From the NCBI RefSeq assembly GCF_001194135.2, contig NC_068983.1, positions 85,912,898 through 85,976,897 on the forward strand: a DNA stretch of 64,000 bases, given 5' to 3'. Below, piece after piece: positions 53,076-64,000 of the stretch. The number at the start of each line of letters is the position of its first letter. Positions within the stretch are counted from its first letter, which is position 1. The position numbers and the translations under genes were made by a program. A model generated the notes under the pieces. The model had not been told where the DNA came from. It did no database searches and saw only the letters and a list, made by a program, of their open reading frames with translations. The DNA comes from Octopus bimaculoides. Its lineage: Eukaryota.

Positions 53076-54607
53076 TGGTGCCAACACCAAACCAAATATT
53101 GATTTCAAATTTTGGTACAAGGCCAGCAATTTCAAGGGAGGGGGGTAAGTTGATTACATCAACTAGTGTTCAATTGGTACTTATTTTATCAGGCCCAAAA
53201 GAATGAAAGTCAAAGTTGACCTCGATGGAATTTCAATGCAGATATCATAAAGACAGATGAAATGCTGCTAAGCATTTTGCCCAGCGTGCTAACGATTCTG
53301 CTGGCTTGCTGCCCTACAAAGAAACAAATATTAAAATGATGCCAACTGTGAATGATGAATACCTCTTATCAAATGTGGTGTGGCTGTGTGGTAAGAAGTT
53401 TGCTTCTGGGTGCAGTCCCATTGTGTGACACCTTGGGCAAGTGGATTTGGTAGATAGAAACCGAAAGAAGCCTGTCATATATATTCTTTTCTTTTTTATT
53501 TGTTTCAGTCATTTGACTGCAGCCATGCTGGAGCACTGCCTTTAGTCGAACAAATTGACTCCAGGACTTTTTCTTTGTAAGCCTAGTACTTATCCTATCG
53601 GTCTCTATTACTGAACCACTNNNNNNNNNNNNNNNNNNNNNNNNNNNNNNNNNNNNNNNNNNNNNNNNNNNNNNNNNNNNNNNNNNNNNNNNNNNNNNNN
53701 NNNNNNNNNNNNNNNNNNNNNNNNNNNNNNNNNNNNNNNNNNNNNNNNNNNNNNNNNNNNNNNNNNNNNNNNNNNNNNNNNNNNNNNNNNNNNNNNNNNN
53801 NNNNNNNNNNNNNNNNNNNNNNNNNNNNNNNNNNNNNNNNNNNNNNNNNNNNNNNNNNNNNNNNNNNNNNNNNNNNNNNNNNNNNNNNNNNNNNNNNNNN
53901 NNNNNNNNNNNNNNNNNNNNNNNNNNNNNNNNNNNNNNNNNNNNNNNNNNNNNNNNNNNNNNNNNNNNNNNNNNNNNNNNNNNNNNNNNNNNNNNNNNNN
54001 NNNNNNTAAGTGCCAGACTTAGAAAAAAAAATAAAAAGTACTGGGGTTGATTCATTTTACTAAAAATTTCCCAAGGTGGTGCTCCAGCATGGCCACAGTC
54101 TCATGACTGAAACAATTAAAAGACAAAAAGAAAAAAAAAAAAGAACTAGTGCAATACATAGTCAACTGCTTGACATTTTAAGATCTGAGATGACCATTAA
54201 TAAATAAAAAGTTTTTTTCTCAGAAAAAATACCTGATACCTATTCAAGCCCCAGTGTGGTTGTGTGCGTAAATTGTTTGCTTTGCAACCAACTGGCTTTG
54301 GGTTCAGTCTTACTGCATGGTACCTTGGGCAAATGTCTTCTGCTATAGCCCAGCACATATCAATGGTTTGTGGGTGAATTTGGCAGATGGACACTGTAAA
54401 AGTGACTTTTGTTTACACCCCAACCCATAACGTAAAAGTTTGACAAAAGGAGGATGACAGATTAAGTACCAGTCTTCAAACAAATGAAATAAAAAACATA
54501 TCAACCCAACTCTTCAATATAATACTCTAGTATTCACCCACATACAAGTGGGTGAATACATGAATGACAGTAGCACTCAACACATTTAATTAGAATTTAA
54601 TATTTAA

Positions 54608-54817
54608 CCCTTTAGTGCTTAAACCGGTCATATTCGACCAAAATATTCTACTGGTTCTATGTTCAAACTGGCTTCTCACACCTACCTTGCAATGTCACTT
54701 TAAAAATAGACAACCACATCATTGATATCTCAGAGCTACAAGATAATGTGAGGTTAATTCAAAACAAGGTAAATAAATAAACATTACACTTGACAGAATA
54801 ATCTGAATGCTAAAGGG
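54608..54817 (+). mobile_element. piggyBac-type MITE (family copy)
   Basis: TTAA|CCCTTTAG...ATGCTAAAGGG|TTAA; interior shared with four other copies in the window. Confidence 0.85.
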
Positions 54818-54821
54818 TTAA

Positions 54822-55351
54822 TAAGATGTTGATCCAGCTCCACATTACTTGAAGTTTCATCAATGTAAAACATAACCACATAATCAGATGTTTGGAGTTG
54901 GAGTGGGAAAAATTCAAAAGAATTTTTAAAATGGCTTCCGAGTGAGACTATTCAAGCCTCCATCAGGACATGTGGGTGCTTTATTTAGTCATAGACAAAA
55001 GTTCTTTCATGACATGTTCTACATGGTAGAGCAGACAAGATATTGGCATCAGTTAACCTACTTTCTGAAGCAGTGACATTTTAGCAACAACAGCAACCAG
55101 GTGGAGATGTAACAAGATTGATGGTGTCAGATTACAGGATACAGACTGATGCCAACATCCTGCTGGTTCTACCATGTGGATAGCTAACACATCTGCATAA
55201 GCTGAACTGACCAATGGAAGTCTAAATATTTTCATCAAGAAGCCATTTTAAGATTTCTTTTGAACTGTTTCCACTCTCATTCCAAACATAATGTGGACAT
55301 GTTCTACACTTATGAATCTAAGCAATGTGAAAGCGAGTCAACATGTCTTAT
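54822..55351. repeat. Old foldback/palindromic element, about 530 bp
   Basis: Arm matches include atgtttgga..gagtgg.aa..ttcaaaagaa..ttaaaatggcttc (54888-938 vs 55239-289) and gat.ttggcatcagt / tc.acatggtaga (inner arms). Confidence 0.8.
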
Positions 55352-55359
55352 AACTATAT

Positions 55360-56010
55360 CTTTTACTTGTTTCAGTCATTGACTGTGGCCATGCTGGGAC
55401 ACTGCCTTGAAGAATTTTTAGTTGAATGTATTGACCCTAGTACTTATATTTTTATAAACCTGGTGTTTATTGTATCAGTCTCTTTTGCCGAACCGCTAAG
55501 CTATAGGGACATAAAAACACCAGCACCAGTTAAAGTAGTTGTATGCTGTCAACCTAATGTAACAGTCCCCTGAAGGGAATAATACTACTGTTGGTTAGAC
55601 CTAGGAAGCTGCACCGCTTCTTGTTGGCCTTGACACATTTCCTGTGTCTTTATGTTGTCCTGTGTCAAGGCCGACAGGAAGTGGTGCAGCTTCCTAGGTC
55701 TAACCAACAGTAGTATTATTCCTTTCAGAGGACTGTCACATTAAGTTGACAGCATACAACTACTTCATCGTATCACTACTGCATAAATCTGAGAGAGTTA
55801 GAAATGTATTATTTCTATATCAGCGCCAGTTGTCAAGTGGTGGTGGTGGACAAACACACATATATACAACGAGCGTCTTTCATCTACCAAATCCACTCAT
55901 ATGGCTGTGGTTGGCCTGAAGCTAGAGCGGATGACACTTGCCCAAGGTATCATGCAGCAGGACTGAACCTGGAACCATGTGGTTGTGAAGCAAGCATCTC
56001 ACCACACAGC
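55360..56010 (-). mobile_element. Composite A-B SINE interrupted by a hairpin insertion
   Basis: Body 55360-55860 (minus) split at 55532-55820; head 55870-56010. Confidence 0.75.
55533..55765. repeat. Long inverted repeat, 105-bp arms, 23-bp spacer
   Basis: Arms 55533-55637 and 55661-55765 differ at 7 positions, all transitions. Confidence 0.95.
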
Positions 56011-56561
56011 TGCTTCTTATCTCTCAATCGTTTTTTTTTTGTACTCTTGTGAACTTCCCTGCCCACTCACCCTGTTCAATCTTCTGTACCACTTCACTTA
56101 CTATTCACCTCCCAAAACCTTGTGGGCATGCCCTGGCGCATCTTCACCACTATCTACTTTTTCTCTTTTCTTCAGCTAGGGTAGCCAGGTATCTCTGCCA
56201 CAGCAAGACACATGTTTCTGTCCCTCTATCATACTTTAACATCACCTGGCACAGAGCTACTACCCTCACTACCACTCCCCACCTCAGTTGAGGGCTGTTG
56301 TCATCCTAGTTACCTGGTGACCTCATTGGTGATGGTGCAACATTAAAAAAAAAAATCCAGTATACTCTGTTAAGTGGCTGGCATTAGGAAGGGCATTCAG
56401 CCATAGAAACAAAGCTGATATGGAACTTGGTACAACCCTGTTGCTTTCCAGATTCTTTCAAACCGTCCAACCCATGCCGACATGGAAAACAGATGTTAAA
56501 TGATCATGACTAGAGGCTAAAATTTCATATACTATTACCCAAACCACACATACTTTATATA

Positions 56562-56625
56562 TTGTGTGTTCACCAGTATGCTGCAATTTAGCATGGTGGT
56601 GACGACTCCCTCAAAGAGCTGGGTG
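56562..56625 (-). ncRNA. Candidate H/ACA-like guide hairpin, copy 1 (HAT1 intron 1)
   Basis: Minus strand: ccag-ctCTTTGAGG..N..gcAGCATA-ctgg-tga-ACA. The capitalised blocks are antisense to 18S rRNA UAUGCU-UG-UCUCAAAG. No adjacent upstream H box; upper stem weak. Confidence 0.3.
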
Positions 56626-56908
56626 TTAAAATACCTGAAAGTCAGAGACAGGCGAGACAACTCGTCCCTAATCCCATTCAAGAGTGATGGATACTGATAT
56701 TTTGCAATTTGTGTGGCTTATCAACATCACGTACCTGAATTGAACTGAGAACGAGCTGAATCGCCCGTCTGCAACTATATACAAATAGTGTAGAAACCAT
56801 TTGCTGGAAAGCCACGATGATGTATACTTAAGATTAATTTCAATAATGAATTAAAAGCAGCGCTAGTGTTGTAAACATTATTGACTGCACATACTCAATG
56901 TATGTGTT

Positions 56909-56972
56909 TTGCTTGTTTACCAGTATGCTGCGGGATAGCGAGATGGGGTTGATTCCCTCAAAGGGCCGAGAG
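56909..56972 (-). ncRNA. Candidate H/ACA-like guide hairpin, copy 2 (HAT1 intron 1)
   Basis: Minus strand: tcgg-ccCTTTGAGG-gaat..atccc-gcAGCATA-ctgg-taa-ACA. 35/47 identical to copy 1 with no gaps; ggga/tccc upper stem present. Confidence 0.38.
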
Positions 56973-59318
56973 AGTCAGTCAGAGTCTGCCGTTTCATTCT
57001 GATGGTGGTCTCTTCGTATCTCAAAAAGTTAAGTCCAAGCTTACCTAACACCCAACTTAAGAATATTACTAAGACACCTCCTATCCTCATTATTAACAAG
57101 ACACGTTATTAGAGAGTTGGAGCAGTTCGCGTACACATTCACAGACGTCTAGTTATGTACTTTATAAATAACTGTAAGAGATTATCCAGACGACAGAAAC
57201 TTCTTATCCAAGATATAAAATAAATCAATAACCATCAAAGAAAAATAAGTTAAAAATAAACTAAAAATGCTTCAGATTATATATATATATATATCGAGAT
57301 TCAATCAGAATGTGTAGAGAGTACTCCTACTGTGCTCTCTACATATTTTTGTCAATATTAATAGTATAAATACAAACACACACACACACACTTTTTTGTT
57401 GTATATCTTCGACCTTTTCATATAAATATATTTTTGCGTAGACAATCAAAAAAATACATGCACATAAATGTAAACAACATAACGTCTATAGAACAGATAT
57501 TTTCATTCAATCCGTTGTTTGACTTTCTCCTACATATATGGCCTTTCGTACTTCTAAAAACGTAATGGTTTCTTAGGGTAGTTTTGATATGATTCGTGAA
57601 TGTGAGTTGTTCTTGACAAGATATTTTAAAAACAATTCAGACGAGTTATATAAACAGGCTAGCTTTGTAAGAAATATCTCAATCGCAGAATATACGAACA
57701 CATTAACGAAAGTAAATAAAAGCGCATTGAATAACGAAAGTAGTCATATGTTTATTTTACAGGTAAAATTTCTAAATATCCAAATGATTAAAATATAGTT
57801 ACAAATACGAACAAAGCATATTTGTATACTTCAAATGCAAGAGAAATACGCAAAATAAATAAAATAACTTTTAGACACCATGTCCTATTTACGATGTGGA
57901 ATAACTTTTTGAAAGATTAAAATTTTTACCTTCAACATTTAAAAAATAATGAATTATATTAATCGTAATAAAATATTTTTCTCTCGCTTTGCATATTTCC
58001 ACGAAATAAGCAAAACAGACTTAATAGCAGTTATGTATGGTGAAATATATATTCTGTAGTCTGTTTTGTATATTTTGTGTATATTGAGTTGTGCATGAAT
58101 TGAACATAACGAAAGCACGTAAAATATAACCGCTGAATAAACACAGTCGATAAATACCTTCAGTTTTCACAGAAAGAAGAAAACGAGAAAAAGCTAAGCT
58201 TTAATAGGAAATTACAAACAAAATATATTTATATACTTTTTGTATATCTCCGGTCAGGATTTGAATGGAATACATTGAGAAAATGTTCTTAGACGTAAGA
58301 ATCTCGAAAGAACGTTCCCGTAAAAATTTGGAATGTCGTCGGTTTAAATTTTTTAAGAGTGAGAATGTCATTTCACATGCATACAATGTATTATATTATT
58401 CTATACTTATTTTTAAATAGCTGGTTATCATTTGAATTGAAAATATTGAGACCGAAAGGAGTACAAGACAAAAACTTTCACTTCTCTCGTTACTTTCAAT
58501 ATAGAAAGTGAAACAGTACTGTACAGGTATTCTACAATAGAGTCGACTGGAGTTGCCAATTGTCTAGACTGTCTTTTATTATTATTATTCTTGTATATGA
58601 ACTATCAAATACTAACTGGAGCCAAATTAATATGTTTATTCTTTAATGAAAAAATATAAGGAAAAGAAAAATACATTACAATAAATGATCTTATAACTAA
58701 TATTTCAAATGTAGTACGGAATACACAATGGTAGGATAATAAACAAAGACCAAACAAAGAAAAAGAATTAACAGAAAATCGACAAGTATTTTCTATGGCA
58801 TTTAGTTGAAAAATGGAAAGTTTAGAGCTATTATTGACAATAAAGTACTATATGTGAGAATAAATCAGAAAATCGCACCAAAATTCGGTAAATTCTAATC
58901 AAATATAAAAATGATAAAATACGCAAGTATCTCTTTGTATGGTTGGCTTGTCCACATATAACATTACACACTATTAGAATTACACAAATGTTGGACGTAT
59001 GAATTTAATATTATAAAAAGAGCGTAGCTTTAATTCTTGGCACACCTAATTAAAATTCTATTGAACGATTATGATCTAGAAATAAGTTGATGTTAAATAC
59101 GTGGACATTGTCAATCTCTTTAATACAATAAAAACGAAAACGCTTCGAAGAAAAATCTGGTAAGTTCTGTAGCATTAAGTAAAGATTTTGCTCACAGATT
59201 GAGATCATTTACGTAAAGCACGAACATATTAGTGTTAATGAATGCATATACATAGATATCTCTTGGGTAATTTGACTGAAATTTAGATTCAAAAGCTACG
59301 ACATGGAAATATAGAACC

Positions 59319-59560
59319 ACTTACCCGCCATTTTGCATTCCCGCGGTACCAGATTTAAGTGAAAAAAGTAGCCTCGTTTTCAATGGAAACGGCGGGCGAC
59401 GAGAATGAGCGTTATTGAGAGTTATTCCCCATCCACTGCAAATTAACGGGTTCTTTTGGAGCGAGTTCACGGTGGGGGAATCACTCAGGCTGGTTATTTA
59501 ACTCGTTTTAATTACCACATGCAAAGACATTCCGGAAGAAGCGGGTGGTTGTGATTTCTT
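59319..59560 (-). promoter_or_regulatory. HAT1 promoter/5' UTR, CpG-rich, with YY1-type and ETS-type motifs
   Basis: Local CpG enrichment. AAAATGGCGG (YY1 consensus) overlaps the start codon; CCGGAAG (ETS/GABP core) at 59532-59538. About 56520-59860 keeps CpGs and has no recognisable TE. Confidence 0.65.
59325..59331 (-). CDS. HAT1: HAT1 coding exon 1 (ATG GCG G), phase-1 donor
   Basis: Minus strand reads aaaATGGCGG|gtaagtgg: strong Kozak plus consensus donor in a CpG-rich patch. It joins in frame to exon 2, giving MAG..., like human HAT1. Confidence 0.88.
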
Positions 59561-60501
59561 TTGCTTAAGAAAAGGGGATATTACCTCGACTATTTTAATT
59601 TAGATTAGAATTTTCTTGGCTAGAATAAATTTGAGTAAGGCAGGATGAAAGAAAGTGAAGTTTCCTGGAATAGTTTCATGTAATAGCATGAAAATTTGAA
59701 TTGATAGAACTCAGAATTTAAATATAGAAGTCATAACTTGGGATTTCTTTTGACAATACAAATGATTTTGTTGAGAAAAGAGGTTAAGAACATGAAATAA
59801 AACAGAACAAAATATGGAATAGAATGTTATGGAAATTTGAATCAAGAGAATTCACAAGTTCATCATCATCATCATCATCATCATTATTCAACGTCCGTTT
59901 TCCATGCCGGCATGGGTTGGACGGTTTGACTGACAACTGGTAAACTGGGGAGCTGCACCAGGTTCCGAACTGATTTGGCATGGTTTCTTCAGCTGGATTC
60001 CTTTCCTAACACCGACCACTCCAAGAGTGTAGTGGATGCCTTTTACGTGCTATCGGCATGGGTGCCAGTTACATGACATTGGCATCAGCCATGACTATGA
60101 TTTCACTTGGCTTAATGGGTCTTCTCAAGCACAGCATACCACCAAAGGTCTCAGTCACTAAATATAAAAAATATTACTTGGGTTTTTTTTTTCTCTTTAC
60201 TATACAAATCATTTTGCTGGGAAGAAGGGAATAGAATATAAAACAGAATAGAATCGAATATGGGACAGAATACAAAAGTATGGGACAAAACTTTTTAAAG
60301 GTTTAGTTAGAAGAGGAAAAGCTGAGACAATGAATTTGTTGCAGAGCTTCAGAGACTGGCAGGGAGGGCAAGGAAGGAACAATCTAGAGATCTCCAATGA
60401 ATGCTTGCAACAAAGTAGAATCTGTCAAAAGTATCTAAGGACTGATTAAGTAATATTAAAATGGGTTACAGATTGGTTGGATGAAATAAAATGGTATAGA
60501 C

Positions 60502-60798
60502 CAGTGGTTTTCAAACTGTGGTCTGCGGACCACAGGGGGTCCGCAAGGACAAGACAGGGGGTTTGTGAACAGCAAATACTTTTTATGGGAAATTTGATTT
60601 TATATATGGTTTTTAATTGAAATCTTTTAATTGACAATAAACCTATTTGTTAAATACTGTTAAATAAACAAATGTAAAAATATATGTTATTTTAAGCAAA
60701 TATTTATGTATAAATTTCATAAGCGTTTATAAGAGGGTCCCTAAGGTAAAGCCTGAAATATAAAGGGGTCCGCAAGTCAAAAAGTTTGAAAACCCCTG
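60502..60798. mobile_element. hAT (Charlie-type) MITE
   Basis: TIRs cagtggttttcaaac/gtttgaaaacccctg; perfect TSD GTATAGAC. Confidence 0.92.
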
Positions 60799-62641
60799 GT
60801 ATAGACTGCAGATGATTGTTGTCATTTAGCCCCTGGTCAGTCCTGAGAGAGCAGACTTATGAGCATAGTCATGATCTTCACTTCTTTAGTTTAGTCATAG
60901 TTAAAAGTTCCCTTTTTAAGTTGGCAGAGTGTGATTTGAATAAGAATAAAAAGATATTTTTAGCAGGTCTTACAACCTCTTAGTAATTGGATAATACATG
61001 GATTAAAAGATAATAATAAAAAGTCTATTGTACACAGTGCTAATGCAGAAAATTTACTTGTTTCTTCAGACACAAAATGGCCATTCTAAATAGGTGGGAC
61101 AGTAAGCTATGAGATTCTGTAGTAATTCTATTTGTCAATGTATTACTCTAATACACCTAATAATATTAACTGGATAATCAAGGCAGCAAGCTGGCAGAAT
61201 TGTTAGCCCACTGGACAAAATGCTTAGTGGCATTTTCATCCATCTTTACATTCTCAGTTCAAATTCCACTGTGGCCTATTTTGCCTTCATCCTTTTGTGG
61301 ATTGATAAAATAAGTACCAGTTGAGTACTGGGGTCAATGTAATTGACTCCTCACTCCCCTCAAACTTTCTGGCCTTGTGCCTATATTAGATATGAATATT
61401 AAATGGATAGTCAAGTCAAAAGGATGCTGGACATCACACAAAGAAATGAGAGTTCGTATTTTGCATTATAAACATAGTCAATGCACTAAATTTTCTAATT
61501 AGCTGTAAATAAATACTGCTTGCCACTGAAAGTTGCTTAGATGATGCTGCGGACAGTACCAGATGGGCTTAGGGACTTTGATCTCAAGGTTTACTCAATA
61601 AGTTTATCAATTTATTCAAATTGACTGTACTGTTACTTACAGGGGTAAGTTATTCCTGCCTTGCAGTACCTGCCTACAGTTAGTTTATTTCCAAGTTATA
61701 TGAAAGTTTAGCAGTTCTTTATATGACTCGATACAGTACCAAGTTGTATTGGTAATTCCATTTCATTTCTACTGTACTAAGCTCTACAGAGGCTTTACTT
61801 TGTATGGTATTTGATTTAGGATGTAGGATGTAATGTATGAATCAGCATCCAGTCTTGTTTAAAATCCTGTCACGGTCTATCTCTTAGGAATGTACTTCTG
61901 GGATATGACTCTATATTTTAGGACACTGAAGCAATGTCTTTTTTCTGTTTTGTCATAGCCATGACACTTAACATAAACTGTATAAAGTAGTATGCATCTG
62001 AAATGTTCAGCTCTTGAGGTCTGATACAAATGCATACACACACACGTCTCTATGTGCTTGTGTATACATACATACATACAGTATCAGAACAGTTACCCAA
62101 TGAAAATAATTACCCCCTTTGGTTAATTACCCTTCTCCAATATATTAAGAAGTTTTAAATCATCATCTGTTGTCCTCAGGGGTAATTGTCCTTGGGGGAT
62201 GGGTTATTTTCAGGGGGGTTAAATGTCCTAGACACATACATACACACATGCACGCACACAGACACATACACACGCATCATCATCATCATTTAATGTCCAC
62301 TTTCTATGCTGGCATGGGTTATATTCACACACACACATATGCATATATATATATATATANNNNNNNNNNNNNNNNNNNNNNNNNNNNNNNNNNNNNNNNN
62401 NNNNNNNNNNNNNNNNNNNNNNNNNNNNNNNNNNNNNNNNNNNNNNNNNNNNNNNNNNNNNNNNNNNNNNNNNNNNNNNNNNNNNNNNNNNNNNNNNNNN
62501 NNNNNNNNNNNNNNNNNNNNNNNNNNNNNNNNNNNNNNNNNNNNNNNNNNNNNNNNNNNNNNNNNNNNNNNNNNNNNNNNNNNNGAAACATATGTCGGAA
62601 TAAAGTATGCAGTTATAACATGCGTTCACTCCATTCCTTAA

Positions 62642-62687
<46 letters not shown>

Positions 62688-63795
62688 ATAATATGTGTGT
62701 GTGTATAGTTATTTACGAATACAGATATATCAAATATCATACCAATAAAATCCTTAATTTACCAAAATTATCTGTTTCCAGAGGGTATTTCATAATTACA
62801 AAATGGCAAGATTAGATTCATTTTGGAGTGGGGAGATAATCTCAAGAATCAAGCATTTATCGCAATTTTGTTTAAATTATGGAAATTACCTAGGCCATAA
62901 ATGTGTTATACGATTTAATTTTTTTTTTGTAAAAGTGTAAGTCTCTTGGTTGTCAGAGACAAGGTGGGAGTATTGTCATGCTGATGACATCTATTGAGGC
63001 AGAAACACATATCTATGATTGTTCCCTCCAGAAAATAAGGTTGTGCTTTTTCTCAATTGTGTGGTGTTAACTTCAGAGATGTCTTGATTATTGAGACTAT
63101 CTTCCTTTATCTCATGGATTTAGTCTTAATTGCCACTTGGTAATTAAAATGCATCTTCCAGAGACGGTGATAATTTTAATAAATCAAGATTTTATACTGT
63201 ATGGCATTTGATATACCTGTATTTGTCTATGTTGTTCAAATACATACCACTGGCCACTCTTCAGCTCATTTTCATTTAAATCCTTCTCCCCCTCCTTCCC
63301 ATCTTCTCTCCTCCTCCTTCCCATCTTCTCTCCTCCTCCTTCCCATCTTCTCTCCTCCTCCTCCTCCCCCCCTCCCCCCATCATCATCATCATTTAACAT
63401 CTGTTTCCCATGCTGACATGAGTTGGATGGTTTGACAAGAGCTGGCAAGCCAGAGGGCTATGCCAAACTCCATGATCTCTTTTAGCACGGTTTCTAAAGC
63501 TGGAAAGTCAGAGGACTGCACCAAGCTTTACTGTCAGCTATGGTATGGTTTCTATGGTTGTCTGCTCTGCTTAATGCCAACCACTATACCAAGTGAACTG
63601 GGTGCTTTTTTTTTTTTTACATGGCAAGGTCACCACATAACTTGCAAGACAATGACCCCTCAACTGAGAGGGAAGGGTATTGCTGAAGGAGGTGACTTTG
63701 TGCCTGGTAACGAGAGGTTAAACTATGATAGAGGAACAGAAACAGGTGTATCTTGCTGTAGAAGAGAAACATGGCTGCCTGAGTTGGAATTGAGG

Positions 63796-63832
<37 letters not shown>

Positions 63833-64000
63833 GGTAGTAAAGATGTACCAGGGCATACCCTCAAAGTGAAGAGAGGTGAATGTAAGTGGAGTGGTACAGA
63901 GGAATGGACAGGGCATGTAAGTAGAGAGTTCATAAGAGTGCAAATGCAGAGAGGTGGGATATATGTGTTAAGAAGTTTGCTTCCCAACCATATGGTTCTG

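Noticed and set aside
53369-54055. Long ORFs containing X runs (also 11674, 23692, 37985, 62170)
   Set aside because: Artefacts of N gaps.
56917-57099. 60-aa minus-strand ORF, or GT donors after CAGCATACTG as alternative HAT1 first exons
   Set aside because: No recognisable protein; the conserved blocks do not preserve a peptide between copies; the exon at 59331 already supplies the conserved MAG start. Cannot be fully excluded without RNA data.
62095-62235. aattaccccc / ggggtaattgtcc motifs as a DNA transposon end
   Set aside because: Suggestive of subterminal repeats, but no partner terminus or TSD found, so not called.

Overview
AT-rich, repeat-dense animal genomic DNA with 7 N-gaps. The repeat complement (tRNA-derived SINEs, RTE LINEs with (GAT)n tails, abundant microsatellites) looks like an octopus genome; this is inference, not searched. 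The one host gene is on the minus strand: the first seven coding exons of histone acetyltransferase type B catalytic subunit (HAT1). They were found by hand from splice signals and missed by the ORF track: 59331-59325, 51039-50962, 48934-48859, 40797-40674, 35299-35158, 26496-26343, 20144-20040. They splice in frame (686 nt) to MAGAPSGLMKNKLEAYKCCSNDVIHFKLVRNKK...GYMTVYNYYAYLEKIRPRIS; the 3' exons were not found in the window. Everything else is intron or upstream sequence: about 30 RTE LINE 3' ends, RTE EN/RT fragments, an internally deleted R4/Dong-like LINE, a Gypsy integrase relic, a mariner derivative, five hAT and five piggyBac-type MITEs, several SINE families, foldbacks and tandem repeats. 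Best leads: a tRNA-headed SINE with a hammerhead ribozyme core, a second Penelope-type hammerhead relic, and two paralogous motifs in HAT1 intron 1 with H/ACA-like geometry antisense to the 5' end of 18S rRNA. No CRISPR, rRNA or true tRNA genes are supported.
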